The translations under genes and the position numbers were made by a program. 64,000 bases of DNA, taken from NCBI GenBank assembly GCA_963822965.1, contig CAWGJT010000005.1, positions 1,376,001 through 1,440,000 on the forward strand, in the 5' to 3' direction. Below, in pieces: positions 30,447-41,276 of this stretch. Every line of letters starts with the position of its first letter. The first letter of the stretch is position 1. Below the pieces are notes generated by a model that saw only the letters and a program-made list of their open reading frames with translations, was not told where the DNA came from and did not search any database. This DNA is from an uncultured delta proteobacterium (GTDB lineage: Bacteria > Myxococcota_A > UBA9160 > UBA4427).

Positions 30447-31862
30447 GTGTCGCAGGCGGAGCGGGCAGCGGAGATCCGACCGGCGGAGTCGGATCCGGAG
30501 GGACGGCTGCCGGCCGTCGCCAAGGCCGTCTTCGCCACCGGCGACCTGGCCAACAACCTCGCGCTCTCGTCGCTTTCCCTGGTCTACCTCTTCTTCCTCA
30601 CCGACGTGGCGGGGCTGCGTCCCGAGCTGGCCGGCGGCGTCGTCTGGATCGCGCGCATCGTCGACGGCATCACCGACCCGGCCATGGGTCGCATCACCGA
30701 CCGGACCCGCACTCGCTGGGGCCGCCGGCGTCCCTATCTGGTGGCGGGCGCCCTGCCCTTCGGGCTCTTCTTCGGAATGCTCTGGGCGACGCCCTTCGAC
30801 GGCCAGACCGCCATGTTCGTCTACTACGCCAGCGTCTACATCGGGCTGTCCCTGGCCGCGACGGTGCTGTGCGTGCCGTACATGGCGCTGATTCCTGAGA
30901 TGGCTCGCGACTACGACGAGCGTACGTCGCTCAACACCTGGCGCACCGCCGCGGCCATGACGGGGGTCGTTCTCGCGGCGGGCCTTCAGCCGGCCGCCCG
31001 GGCCCTGGGCGGAGGCGCCGCGGCCTGGTCGACCGCCGGCGCGATCATGGCGTTCGTGATGGTCCTGCCCTGGATCCCGGTCGCGGCGGTCAGCCGGGAG
31101 CGCGCCATCACGCACGAGGCGGTCCGGGTCTCGTTGCGGCACGATCTGCTCGACCTGCTGGGTCACCTGCACTACCGGAGGCTGTCCGCGCTGTACATCG
31201 CGTCGCGCGTGGCCCTCGACGTGGCCGGCGCCTCTCTGCTCTACTTCATGACCTACGCCATCGGTCGCCCCCAGGACTTCTTTCCGGCGATCGTTTGTCT
31301 GATGCTCGCTGCCTCCGCCTCGCTGCCCGTCTGGATGACTATCGCGCGGCGACGGGAGAAGCACGACATCTTCGTCGTCGGCACCACCTGGTGGGTGGCG
31401 TGGCTCGTGGTGATCGCCTTCGCCACCCCGGAGTGGCCCCGCTGGCTGCTCTTCGTCATCACGGGCGCAGTGGGCGCCGGCTATGCGGTGGCCGACCTGA
31501 TGCCGTGGGCGATGGTGGGCGAGGTGATCGACGAGGACGAGCTGCGCAGCGGCCAGCGCCGGGAGGGACTGTACAACGGGACCTTCACGTTCCTGCGCAA
31601 GTTGGGGGGGGCCACGGCGATCCTGTTGGCCGGCTTCCTGCTGGCTGTGGCCGGCTACGTGCCGCGAGCGCCGGACCAGCCGGAGAGCGCGCTCCTGGCC
31701 ATCCGGATGCTGACCGCCCTGGTGCCCGGCCTCTGCCTGCTCGCCGCGATCGGTCTCGCCTGGCGCTACCCGCTGGGCCGCCGGCGCCACGACGAGATCC
31801 TGGCGGCGTTGCGCGAGCGCGAGGCGCGCGCCTCGTGTCCTGAGTCCGAATTCGCCAGTTGA
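30447..31862 (+). CDS. GPH-family (MelB-like) MFS transporter
   Basis: DGITDPAMGRITDRTRTRWGRRRPY, VPYMALIPE and RREGLYNG motifs. Confidence 0.92.
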   Translation: MSQAERAAEIRPAESDPEGRLPAVAKAVFATGDLANNLALSSLSLVYLFFLTDVAGLRPELAGGVVWIARIVDGITDPAMGRITDRTRTRWGRRRPYLVAGALPFGLFFGMLWATPFDGQTAMFVYYASVYIGLSLAATVLCVPYMALIPEMARDYDERTSLNTWRTAAAMTGVVLAAGLQPAARALGGGAAAWSTAGAIMAFVMVLPWIPVAAVSRERAITHEAVRVSLRHDLLDLLGHLHYRRLSALYIASRVALDVAGASLLYFMTYAIGRPQDFFPAIVCLMLAASASLPVWMTIARRREKHDIFVVGTTWWVAWLVVIAFATPEWPRWLLFVITGAVGAGYAVADLMPWAMVGEVIDEDELRSGQRREGLYNGTFTFLRKLGGATAILLAGFLLAVAGYVPRAPDQPESALLAIRMLTALVPGLCLLAAIGLAWRYPLGRRRHDEILAALREREARASCPESEFAS

Positions 31863-32281
31863 TTCCCTGGCTCTCCAAGGTGTCCTGACAGAACCGCCGG
31901 ATGCTCGCCGGTACGAATGGATGGCGAATCCGAACCGGACGAAGTGCCGACAGAGACGACTGCAGGCAGCGGGCCCGTGCCGGAGCGGAAGCCGCGGTCT
32001 CTGGTTCGGAACCGCTGGGGCCCAGTCGCCAAGACCCCGCGGAATCGCGGAGATTTCTCAGGCTGGGCCGTGGCGAGTGCGGGAAGTGTCTGCACCCGCA
32101 GACGGAATGGCGGTGGGCGCAGTCTGTCGCAAACTCATCTCTTGAAAGGGAATCCCTGGTCTACAGGGAAAGTGCAGGGAATTCCTTCGAGACTAGACCC
32201 TGCTGGCAGAGCCGACCGCCGAGATTCCGAAGCCTTTCCGCAATCGTAGCGACAGATTCCCTGTGACCAGGAACAGGGAAC

Positions 32282-32510
32282 TCATTTCGACGCGCAGGGA
32301 AGTCTCGGGCACTTCAGACCCTCCGCCCCGATCCGGTCGATCCACTTGTAGCCGGTGGGCCGAGAGATCTGATATCGGCCGCACAACTCGCTCATCGACC
32401 ACTGGCCACTCGTGTAGTCGCGATAGAAGTGCTGACGCTGCTTCTTAGAATTGGTTTCCATCCAGGGCATCCTTTCGTGTAAAGGATGTGCCCGGACTTT
32501 TGTAGACCAT
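32282..32510 (-). mobile_element. IS481-family left-end remnant
   Basis: MPWMET...SMSELCGRYQISRPTGYKWIDR HTH; truncated; right-arm repeat remnant at 32528-32549 nearby. Confidence 0.75.
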
Positions 32511-32756
32511 CACCTCGACCGTTCACGCCTCAGGGTCCCGGCAGCGGGGCGACGTCAACGCCGCCGCGGCCCAGGCCGGAATCGAGCGCGAGAGCTTCTA
32601 CCGGCTCTTGCGGCGCCATGGTGTCCAGCCCGATGGTTTTCGCGGTGGGGACTCTTCCGGAACCCTCTGCTGACGGCTCCCAGCCGGCGCAACGGTGCTA
32701 CTGCCGTCGGGCGAGCCGGCCTTCCCCGTCGACCCGCCAGTGCATCGCGCGCCCCA

Positions 32757-34067
32757 ATGTCCAATACTGCGGGCATGCGGGACGACGACCGGGTGGATGC
32801 CCTCAACCGTGGGTGCCAGTGCATCACCATCGATCCGGAGAAGCTGTCGGACCAGCTCGACGGCCTCGTCGCGGGCGCCTACGCGAAGATCAGCGAGGAC
32901 ATGCCGAATGTGTTCTCCACGGGCCCGGTGTTCATCGGCGCCGAGCAGGTCGCGTCCATCGTCGACGTGATCCGCACGATCGAACGCGTCGGCGACAACG
33001 AAGGCTATCGCGCCGCCGTGTTGGCGGACGCCCCGCCGGCCGCTCGGGTTCACACCGGGGCGAAGGGCGTCTTGTTCGGCTACGACTTCCATCTGGCCCC
33101 GGACGGCCCCAAGCTCATCGAGATCAACACCAACGCCGGGGGGTTGATGCTCAACCTCGCGCTGGGGCGCGCCCAGGCCGCGTGCTGCTCACCGGTCGAG
33201 CCGCTGATGAAGGCGGCGCAGGACGACGGGGCGCTCGAGGACGCCATCGTTGCGATGTTCCGCGCGGAGGCGAAGGCGGCGGGCCACCCCAAGCTCGAGC
33301 GCATCGCCATCGTCGACGAGGACCCGCCCTCTCAGTTTCTCTACCCGGAGCTGCTGCTGTTCGCCGCGCTCTTCGAGCGTCAGGGGATCGACGCGCGTAT
33401 CGCCGCCCCGCGAGAACTCGTCAGCGATGGGGGCGTGGTCACGCATCGCGGCGATCGGATCGATCTCGTCTACAACCGGCTCACGGACTTCTACCTCGAG
33501 TCCGAAAGCGCCGCCGCCGTGCAGGAGGCGTGGGACACCGGCAAGACGGTGGTGACGCCACACCCGAGTGCGTACGCGCTGCTGGCGGACAAGAGGAATC
33601 TGGCGATCCTGTCGGACCCCGAGCGACTGCGGGCATTCGGGGTGTCTCGAGACGCCATCGAGAGGTTGGCGCGCGTGGTGCCCACGACACGCCGCGTCCG
33701 GCTCGAAGACGCCGATGCGCTGTGGGCCGACCGCAAGCAGCTGTTCTTCAAGCCAGCGACGGGCTTTGGGAGTCGAGCGACCTACGCCGGACGAAAGATC
33801 ACCCGGAAGGTCTTCGACGAGGTCGTGCACGGTGACTACGTCGCCCAGCAGATCGTGGCGCCCGGCGAGCGCATCGTGAACGTGGATGGTCATCCGACCA
33901 CGCTCAAGGTCGACATCCGCGCCTACACCTACGCAGGCGAGGTCTTGCTCTTCGCGGCTCGGGTGTACCGCGGGCAGGTCACCAACTTTCGCACGCCGGG
34001 GAGCGGATTCGCGCCGCTGTTTGTCTTGCCTGCCGTGGGTGTGACCGCGATTCCGCGCACCGCGTGA
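32757..34067 (+). CDS. glutathione synthetase-like ATP-grasp protein
   Basis: GYDFHL..DGPKLIEINTNAGG, YNRLTDF, FFKP..GFGS and GQVTNFRTPG motifs. Confidence 0.75.
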   Translation: MSNTAGMRDDDRVDALNRGCQCITIDPEKLSDQLDGLVAGAYAKISEDMPNVFSTGPVFIGAEQVASIVDVIRTIERVGDNEGYRAAVLADAPPAARVHTGAKGVLFGYDFHLAPDGPKLIEINTNAGGLMLNLALGRAQAACCSPVEPLMKAAQDDGALEDAIVAMFRAEAKAAGHPKLERIAIVDEDPPSQFLYPELLLFAALFERQGIDARIAAPRELVSDGGVVTHRGDRIDLVYNRLTDFYLESESAAAVQEAWDTGKTVVTPHPSAYALLADKRNLAILSDPERLRAFGVSRDAIERLARVVPTTRRVRLEDADALWADRKQLFFKPATGFGSRATYAGRKITRKVFDEVVHGDYVAQQIVAPGERIVNVDGHPTTLKVDIRAYTYAGEVLLFAARVYRGQVTNFRTPGSGFAPLFVLPAVGVTAIPRTA

Positions 34068-34289
34068 CGTCTGCGCCGGACAACGAGCCCGCACAGGTGA
34101 ACGCCTGCGCTCGGTCGTCGGAGGATAGGCCGACCGCCGCCTGTCCGTCCTCAATATTCGTCCGCCTCGAGATCACCGAGCTTTCGATCCCTCGCTCTCG
34201 GCTCCTTCTACCGACGATACCGCCGCCCGCCGCCAAGATTCAGACTCGTTCTCGTCTGGCGGATCGAGCAGGATCTCTCACCTCGTGCG

Positions 34290-35326
34290 GGCCCTCCTCT
34301 CATTCATCGTGCTGACCCTGCTGCTCTGCGGCCCTCCTTCGAACGCGTCGTGAGCAGGCAATCGTCGAACTGGCGCTGCGGCAGCAGCTCGCGATCTACG
34401 TCCATCGCCGGCGAAGGCCGCGCCTCGTCCCACTGGACCGGGCTTTCTGGGTTGCCCTCTGCCAGCTCTGGCCAAACTGGAAGACTGCCCTCGTCGTCGT
34501 CGAGCCCGAGACGGTCGTCCGCTGGCACCGACAAGGATTCCGGCGCTACTGGCGATCGATCTCGAAGCCCGGCCCCGGTCGACCCCCGATCTCCCGCGAG
34601 GTCCAACAGCTCATCATCCGGATGGCCATCGAGAATCCCTGGCGGGCCCGCCGGATCCAGGCGGAGCTCTGGAAGCTGGGAATCCACCTGAGCCTCGCGA
34701 CCGTATCCCGATACCTCCCGGCCAGGCCACCCGTCTCGGGCCAGCAGCAGCGCTGGTGGACTTTCCTCCGCAACCACAAGGAAGTGGTCGCGGGCATGGA
34801 CTTCTTCGTCGTCCCGACGGCCCGCTTCGAGCTGCTGTATGTCTGGTTCGCGCTCGACCACGGAAGACGGCGAGTCCTCCACTTCAACGTCACCGAGCAC
34901 CCGGCCGCGAGTTGGGTGATTCAGCAGCTGCGCGAGGCGCTTCCGAGCGAGGCCACACACCGCTTCCTCATCTACGACAACGATGCGATCTTCTCGGCCG
35001 CGGTCACGCAGGCGATCGCGAACCTCGGCGTGTCTCCCGAGAGGACCACCTTCCGGAGCCCCTGGCAGAATGGAACTGCCGAGCGCTTCGTCGGTACCGT
35101 GCGACGCGAGCTGCTCGACCACGTCGTCGTCCTCGATGAGGACCATTTGCGAAGACTCCTCCGTGAGTACGTGGACTTCTACGAACGAGACCGGGTTCAC
35201 ACGGTGCTGAGGGATGCACCGCTCGGGCGACTGGCGGAGAGCCGCCCCTCGCCTTGCGCTCGTATCGTCGGGTCTCCTCGCGTCGGCGGGCTCCAGCACC
35301 GCTACGCTTGGAACCAAGCCGCCTGA
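34290..35326 (+). mobile_element. integrase-core (rve) transposase, 5' region degenerate
   Basis: ENPW.ARRIQAEL, MDFFVV, YDND, SPWQNGTAERFVGT and GGLQHRY motifs. Confidence 0.8.
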
Positions 35327-35415
35327 TCCGGAGCGACGAGCTCCGAGATCTGGCGATCAAGTGAATGCGGATGAATATTGAGAACAGACAGGCCGAATGC
35401 GGCCTCGGATCGGGG

Positions 35416-36735
35416 CTAGGCGGTGCCGAATTTGACGTCGACCTCGACGCCGACGCGTTGCAGAAGCTCTGTCGAAAGCTTACCGCCGATCATGATGTAT
35501 ACCCCTTCCGCCGGGATGGTGGTCACAGCCTCCTCGTGCCGGATGTCGACCTGATGGGCCTCGATGTCTACGACCTCCGAACCGGTCAAGACCGTTAGCC
35601 TGTCGGCGTGGGCCAGCTCTTCGATGCGCTGGCGATTCGCAGGCGTCGCCCGTCCAAAGGCAGCACCGCGGTAGGAAAGAGTCACGGTGTTCCCGAGGAG
35701 CGGCTCGGCAAGCGCTGCGGCGGCTTCGAGCGCGCTGTTTCCTCCGCCGACGACGAGGAGAGTCTTCTCGTGGATCTCCCCGGCGTCGCCAAGAGAATAG
35801 GTGACGTGGGGCAAGTCCTCGCCGGGCACGCCGAGCTTCTGCGGCGAACCTCTCCTGCCAATGGCGAGAACGACTCGTGCGGCACGATACTGGCCGCCCT
35901 CGGTCTCGATACAGAATCCACCACTCACGGGGTCGACCGCCTTCACGCGTTCGCGCGCGCGGATCTCGATGCCCGTCGTTCGGATGACGTCCTCCCAAAT
36001 GCCCAGCAATTCCTCTTTTTGAATCTCTCGGGCATTCATCTTTCCGTAGCCGGGAATCTCGAAGGGCCGCGTGATGACCATCTTTTCTCGTGGATAGTGG
36101 TGGACGGTCCCTCCGATCGCGTCCTGCTCGAGGGTGATCGTTCGTAGGCCGGCCCGCTTCGCCGTGATCGCCGCAGCGAGACCGGCGGGGCCCGCGCCGA
36201 TGACGGCGACATCGTATTCCAGGTCATGTCCCCCGCGAGCCTCGAGTGAGGCGATGATGGATTCCACCGCTTGTATACCTTGGGACATCGCGTTTCGCAC
36301 GAGTCCCATCCCGCCGAGTTCACCGGCGATATACAGGCCGTCGACGTTTGTCTCGAAGTCGGATTTCACATGAGGGATCTCGACGCCGCGCCGTTCCGTG
36401 CCGAAGACGAGATCGATCGCATGCGTCGGGCAGGCGGCGAAGCAGGCACCGTGGCCGATGCAACGCGACGGTTCGATGAGAGCCGCACGACCATTCACGA
36501 TTCCGAGTATGCCCCCTTCCGGGCAAGCCGAGACGCAAGCGGCCGTACCAATGCAGGCGTCCGGGTCGATGATGGGGTGGAGTGAGGGCGGCTCACCCAG
36601 TCCCTCCGCAATCGACCGTTCGAGCGTGGCCGTGTGGCGCTGTTCCTTGCGCCGGCTGAGCCACCACGACACGAATGCCGAGCCCACGGTCAAGAGCAGG
36701 AAGGCCAGAACGACGGCAAGTTTCATTTGCGCCAA
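35416..36735 (-). CDS. membrane-anchored 4Fe-4S + thioredoxin-reductase-like FAD/NAD(P) oxidoreductase
   Basis: N-terminal TM; CIGTAACVSACP and CIGHGACFAACP; GAGPAG; GGGNSA. Confidence 0.88.
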   Translation of the reverse strand: MAQMKLAVVLAFLLLTVGSAFVSWWLSRRKEQRHTATLERSIAEGLGEPPSLHPIIDPDACIGTAACVSACPEGGILGIVNGRAALIEPSRCIGHGACFAACPTHAIDLVFGTERRGVEIPHVKSDFETNVDGLYIAGELGGMGLVRNAMSQGIQAVESIIASLEARGGHDLEYDVAVIGAGPAGLAAAITAKRAGLRTITLEQDAIGGTVHHYPREKMVITRPFEIPGYGKMNAREIQKEELLGIWEDVIRTTGIEIRARERVKAVDPVSGGFCIETEGGQYRAARVVLAIGRRGSPQKLGVPGEDLPHVTYSLGDAGEIHEKTLLVVGGGNSALEAAAALAEPLLGNTVTLSYRGAAFGRATPANRQRIEELAHADRLTVLTGSEVVDIEAHQVDIRHEEAVTTIPAEGVYIMIGGKLSTELLQRVGVEVDVKFGTA

Positions 36736-36747
36736 CCCAATCGTCGT

Positions 36748-37635
36748 TCAACCATCGTGGGAGCGATTTCCGGACTTGCTCCGATAGCGGCGCTTCGCTT
36801 CGTCTTCGTCGCCGCTTCGGTGACACTCTACGCAGTCCTCGAACTCTCTGATTCCCTCTTCGCGATGCTCGCGAGCGATGCCTTGGACAGAATGCTCGTG
36901 GCACCCATAACAGGTGTAGCGATCGAGAGCGTCGGGGTGGCACGACTGGCAATCGCTGGCCGGGTGGTGACGATCGAAGCGGAAGTACTTTTCGTGCTCG
37001 AATGTCGCAGGTAGCCATGCCCGGACGCCGTGACAACTTCCGCAGTCGTCGCCGGCCTGGCGATGAAGATCGTCACCCGGCCGGACGGTGCCGTGGCAGG
37101 TCACACATCCTGCCGCTTGATCAGTCGGGAGCATCGCATGGTCGAATGTCGCGGGTGTCCACGCCTCGAATCCGTGGCAGCTGCCGCAATTCGTGGGCGC
37201 TGCCATGTGGAGGTCGTCTTTGGGAGTGCGTTCACCATGACAATCACCACACGTCGAGAGGATGTCCTTCCGGAGCAGTTCGTGCGTGAACACGGCGGTC
37301 GCCCCGGGACGTCCAACGCCGACGTGATCGCTATGGCATTGAGTACATGCCGGCTCGATCAAGGCTTGATGAAACGCTGGACTGTCTTCTGCGGTCGCAA
37401 TGGATGTTCCCTCCGTCGTGCGGATCCCGATGTCTACGAGCGGATGACAAGCGATGCAGTTCTCCGACGGAGTTCCGCGAAAGGGCGAATGGCAGTCGGT
37501 GCAATTGTTCGCGATCTCCTCGTGCCCCACGATGACGTCGCCTGGACTGACGGTCACTTCGGGAAGCCAGATGACCAACGTGCCGTAGGCCGCGAGCAGA
37601 ACGATCATCAGTATGAGATTTCGCACCGGGCTCAC
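36748..37635 (-). CDS. multiheme cytochrome c (10 CxxCH motifs)
   Basis: CTDCH, CIACH, CTQCH, CGDCH, CGSCH, CVTCH, CGSCH, CQSCH, CYGCH, CVECH. Confidence 0.9.
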   Translation of the reverse strand: MSPVRNLILMIVLLAAYGTLVIWLPEVTVSPGDVIVGHEEIANNCTDCHSPFRGTPSENCIACHPLVDIGIRTTEGTSIATAEDSPAFHQALIEPACTQCHSDHVGVGRPGATAVFTHELLRKDILSTCGDCHGERTPKDDLHMAAPTNCGSCHGFEAWTPATFDHAMLPTDQAAGCVTCHGTVRPGDDLHRQAGDDCGSCHGVRAWLPATFEHEKYFRFDRHHPASDCQSCHPDALDRYTCYGCHEHSVQGIAREHREEGIREFEDCVECHRSGDEDEAKRRYRSKSGNRSHDG

Positions 37636-38195
37636 CCGAAGACGACCGACGTCGCAATGTGAAGGACGACAAGGACAGCGAAGTTGACGGCGATGGGAAG
37701 GTGGACGACGCGCCAGGTCTCCATGCCCCGGATGACGAGGGCATCGGTTTGGAGCTCTTCCTTGATCTCCGACGCGTCGAGGCCCGACTCTCTGAGCCGG
37801 CGCTCGCGGCCGCTCAGGCGGCTACGCGCGCTGCCCAGGAGGAATTCGCCCATGAGCCCGCTCGCAACCGCGATCATCATCGCCGCGACCGCGAGCCAGG
37901 GCAGGAGCGCATGAAAGTGGACTCCGCCATGGACGAGAATGGCGAGGGCGCCTGTCAGAGCGAGGGCTTCATGCGCGCGTAGCAAGCGGTGGGGAGAGCT
38001 GATGTCGATCCATCCCCGCTTCCGGAGTGAGTAGGCGAACGACACGACGACGAGAGCCGTGCCGATCGGCCCTAGCCAGAATCCCACCCAAACAAGGCCG
38101 AGCGCATGGAGAGCCGCATCGAGAGCGACCGCCGCGAAGATGACGGCGGCCCAGAGCGCGAACAACGCGCCCCCTCGCAAGGCGACAATTCTCAC
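37632..38195 (-). CDS. His-containing membrane protein (ferric-reductase-like TM)
   Basis: YSLRKR, H...VH, WRVVHLP...LHI motifs. Confidence 0.7.
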   Translation of the reverse strand: MRIVALRGGALFALWAAVIFAAVALDAALHALGLVWVGFWLGPIGTALVVVSFAYSLRKRGWIDISSPHRLLRAHEALALTGALAILVHGGVHFHALLPWLAVAAMMIAVASGLMGEFLLGSARSRLSGRERRLRESGLDASEIKEELQTDALVIRGMETWRVVHLPIAVNFAVLVVLHIATSVVFG

Positions 38196-38564
38196 CGGCG
38201 CACCTCCAGGAAAGGAGTCAGGTTGCTACGGAAACAGGGTTGCGAAATCAAAGATCGGGTGATCCACCGGCCATGACGGCGCAAGTTGCTTGAAGATCAT
38301 AGCCCTGAAGCGCCCCGGGATTGTCAGGGGCTCTGGGGTGCCCCGATATGAGACGAATTTGCGCGTGCTTCGGACCGTGTCGTCTAAGCATGTGCTCGCC
38401 GATGGCGTCAGGGCGCCGACCCAGATTGCCGATTGGTCACGATGCTCCACCCAAGGCGTGTATGCTTTCGGCGTCTGCCTCCAGAGCGTGCAATCATTTC
38501 GCGCGGACAGCTCGTGCGCGACCGACACACGGCGAACGAACGTTGACCCTCTTCGTCCTTGGGC

Positions 38565-41276
38565 ATGACGTTCCACTATGCGAGGATCGATGTTGATGAT
38601 GCCACTTCGAGTGAAACGCCTCCGGCGACTGCCGCCGGCGCGGACGTGACCGAATCGCCGGGCAGTCGCCTTCCGCTCGCTGCGCGTGTTCCGTTCGTTG
38701 CCAACGTGCTCGAGCTCGACGACCTCGTCGGCCTTTCGGAGAACGACGCGCGAGCTCGTTTGCTGAAGGACGGTCCGAACGAGCTGGCTGCGCAGCAGAA
38801 ACGCAACCTGCTCACCATCGTCCTCGAGGTGGTGCGCGAGCCCATGTTCCTCATGCTCGTCGCGGCGGGCGTCGTGTACTTTCTCCTCGGGGAGCCGACC
38901 GACGCATTGATGCTGCTCGGCTTCGTGTTCGTGGTGATGACGATCACGATCGTCCAGGCACGACGCACGGAGCACGCGCTCGAGGCGCTTCGCGATCTCT
39001 CGAGCCCGCGCGCTCTCGTGATCCGTGACGGCGAACGCCGGCGCATCGCGGGGCGTGAGGTCGTAACCGGCGACCTCGTGGTCCTCGCCGAAGGGGATCG
39101 CGTCCCGGCGGATGGTCTGCTTCGGCAAGCGCTGCACCTTGCCACGGACGAGTCGCTGCTGACGGGCGAGTCTGTCCCCGTTCGCAAAGTGCCTGCCGCC
39201 GATGCTCGCGTCCTCGATCGACCTGGCGGTGACGACTTGCCCTCCGTGTTCTCGGGAACCCTGGTGACCTCGGGCCAGGGCATCGTCGAAACCGCAGCCA
39301 CGGGCACACGGACGGAGCTCGGCAAGATCGGCAGGGCCCTCGATCAGACGCAGGAAGAGCCGACGATGCTGCAGACCGAGACTCGGCGCATCGTCCGCAT
39401 TCTCGCGACCGCCGGACTCGGGGCTTGCTGCGTGGTGGTCGTGGCCTTTGCGCTCACCCGCGGTGGGAGCCCCGACGCATGGAAGCAAGGGTTCCTCGCC
39501 GGCATCGCGATGGCGATGGCCATCCTGCCCGAGGAATTCCCGGTCGTACTCACCATCTTCCTTGCGTTGGGCGCGTGGCGATTGTCACGCAGCCGGGTGC
39601 TCACGCGGCGGATGCCGGCGGTCGAGATGTTGGGGGCCGCCACCGTGCTCTGCGTCGACAAGACCGGCACCCTCACGCAGAACCAGATGACGCTGCGCAA
39701 GCTCGCCATCGGAGGTAGCTCCACGGACCTCGCCGGTCTCGCCACGGAGCTGCCGGAGGAGCTGCATGGTCTCCTCGAGCACGCGATCCTGGCGAGCAAG
39801 AGCGACCCGTTCGATCCGATGGAGCGTGCGCTTCACGAGGCTGGCGACCGCCTCATCGAGAACACGGAGCATCTGCATCCAAGCTGGTCTCTCGAGCGCG
39901 AGTACCCGCTGACGCCGGACCTGCTGGCCGTCAGTCACGCATGGCGCAGCGGGAGCAACGACGACGTCGTGGTGTCCAGCAAAGGCGCGCCCGAAGCCGT
40001 CGCCGATCTCTGTCATCTCGCTCCAGAACAGCGCGAGTCGCTTGCTCGCGAGGTGCTGAGCCTCGCCTCGCAGGGCCTTCGCGTTCTCGGCGTCGCCCGC
40101 GGCGCGACACGCGTGGGCCTCTTGCCCGACGAGCACCACGACCTGTTACTCGAGCTCGTCGGCTTGTTGGGCTTCGAGGACCCGCTGCGACCGAATGTGC
40201 CTGCCGCGGTGGCGGAGTGTCAGACCGCCGGCGTGCGCGTGGTCATGGTCACCGGGGACTACCCCGCCACCGCCCAAAGCATCGCCCGCCACGCCGGACT
40301 CACTCACTGCGACACGGTGATCACAGGCGCCGATCTCGAAAGGATGTCCGACGAGGAGCTCGCGCGGCACGTCTCGGACGTCGAGATCTTCGCTCGCGTG
40401 GTCCCGGAACAGAAGCTGCGCATCGTCAACGCGCTCAAGGCGAACGACGAGGTGGTCGCGATGACGGGCGATGGCGTGAACGACGCCCCCGCCTTGAAGG
40501 CTGCGCACATCGGCATCGCGATGGGCGGGCGCGGAACCGATGTGGCTCGTGAGGCAGCGTCGATCGTGCTCCTCGATGATGACTTCTCGTCCATCGTCGA
40601 AGCCGTGAAGCTCGGGCGGCGCATCTACGACAACATCAAGAAGGCCATCGTGTTCATCGTGGCCGTGCACGTCCCCATCGCCGGTCTGTCCATGCTTCCG
40701 GTCTTCTTTGCCGACTGGCCGCTCCTCCTCTTGCCCGTGCACATTGCCTTCCTTCAGCTGATCATCGACCCCGCGTGCACGCTCATCTTCGAGGCCGAGC
40801 AAGCGGAGGCCGACGCCATGCGACGGCCTCCGCGAACGCGTGAGGTCGGCCTGTTCTCGAGGGAAACGCTCAGCATCGCCCTTCTGCAGGGCTTCAGCAT
40901 TCTCGCTGTGTGCCTCGGCGTCTTCCTGCTGGCGCGGAGCGACCATTCGGATGACGCCGCTCGCGCGTTGACCTTCGTCACCCTGGTCGTCGCCTTCGTC
41001 GTGGTCATCCTGGTCAACCGCTCCTGGCTGCGGTCGGCCGTGGCGATGTTCCGGGTTCCAAACCCGGCCCTACGCTGGGTGCTCTTGGGCGCGGTCTGCG
41101 TCCTCGGCGTAGCCGTCCTGGTCCCGTTCGCGCGCCGCTTGTTCCACTTTGCGCCTTTGCATCTGACGGATCTGCTGCTCAGCCTGGGGGCCGGTTCTCT
41201 CTGCGTGCTCTGGTTCGAAGTCGTGAAGCGGGTCCGACGCCTGCGGGCGGGTGCCCGATTGGCGCCGGTCTCATGA
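38565..41276 (+). CDS. cation-transporting P-type ATPase (P2-type)
   Basis: LTGES, PEEFP, DKTGTLT, TGD and GDGVND motifs. Confidence 0.95.
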   Translation: MTFHYARIDVDDATSSETPPATAAGADVTESPGSRLPLAARVPFVANVLELDDLVGLSENDARARLLKDGPNELAAQQKRNLLTIVLEVVREPMFLMLVAAGVVYFLLGEPTDALMLLGFVFVVMTITIVQARRTEHALEALRDLSSPRALVIRDGERRRIAGREVVTGDLVVLAEGDRVPADGLLRQALHLATDESLLTGESVPVRKVPAADARVLDRPGGDDLPSVFSGTLVTSGQGIVETAATGTRTELGKIGRALDQTQEEPTMLQTETRRIVRILATAGLGACCVVVVAFALTRGGSPDAWKQGFLAGIAMAMAILPEEFPVVLTIFLALGAWRLSRSRVLTRRMPAVEMLGAATVLCVDKTGTLTQNQMTLRKLAIGGSSTDLAGLATELPEELHGLLEHAILASKSDPFDPMERALHEAGDRLIENTEHLHPSWSLEREYPLTPDLLAVSHAWRSGSNDDVVVSSKGAPEAVADLCHLAPEQRESLAREVLSLASQGLRVLGVARGATRVGLLPDEHHDLLLELVGLLGFEDPLRPNVPAAVAECQTAGVRVVMVTGDYPATAQSIARHAGLTHCDTVITGADLERMSDEELARHVSDVEIFARVVPEQKLRIVNALKANDEVVAMTGDGVNDAPALKAAHIGIAMGGRGTDVAREAASIVLLDDDFSSIVEAVKLGRRIYDNIKKAIVFIVAVHVPIAGLSMLPVFFADWPLLLLPVHIAFLQLIIDPACTLIFEAEQAEADAMRRPPRTREVGLFSRETLSIALLQGFSILAVCLGVFLLARSDHSDDAARALTFVTLVVAFVVVILVNRSWLRSAVAMFRVPNPALRWVLLGAVCVLGVAVLVPFARRLFHFAPLHLTDLLLSLGAGSLCVLWFEVVKRVRRLRAGARLAPVS

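Noticed and set aside
34121..34140. GAGGATAGGCCG as another repeat end
   Set aside because: Only ~10 bp match, with no downstream core; could be chance.
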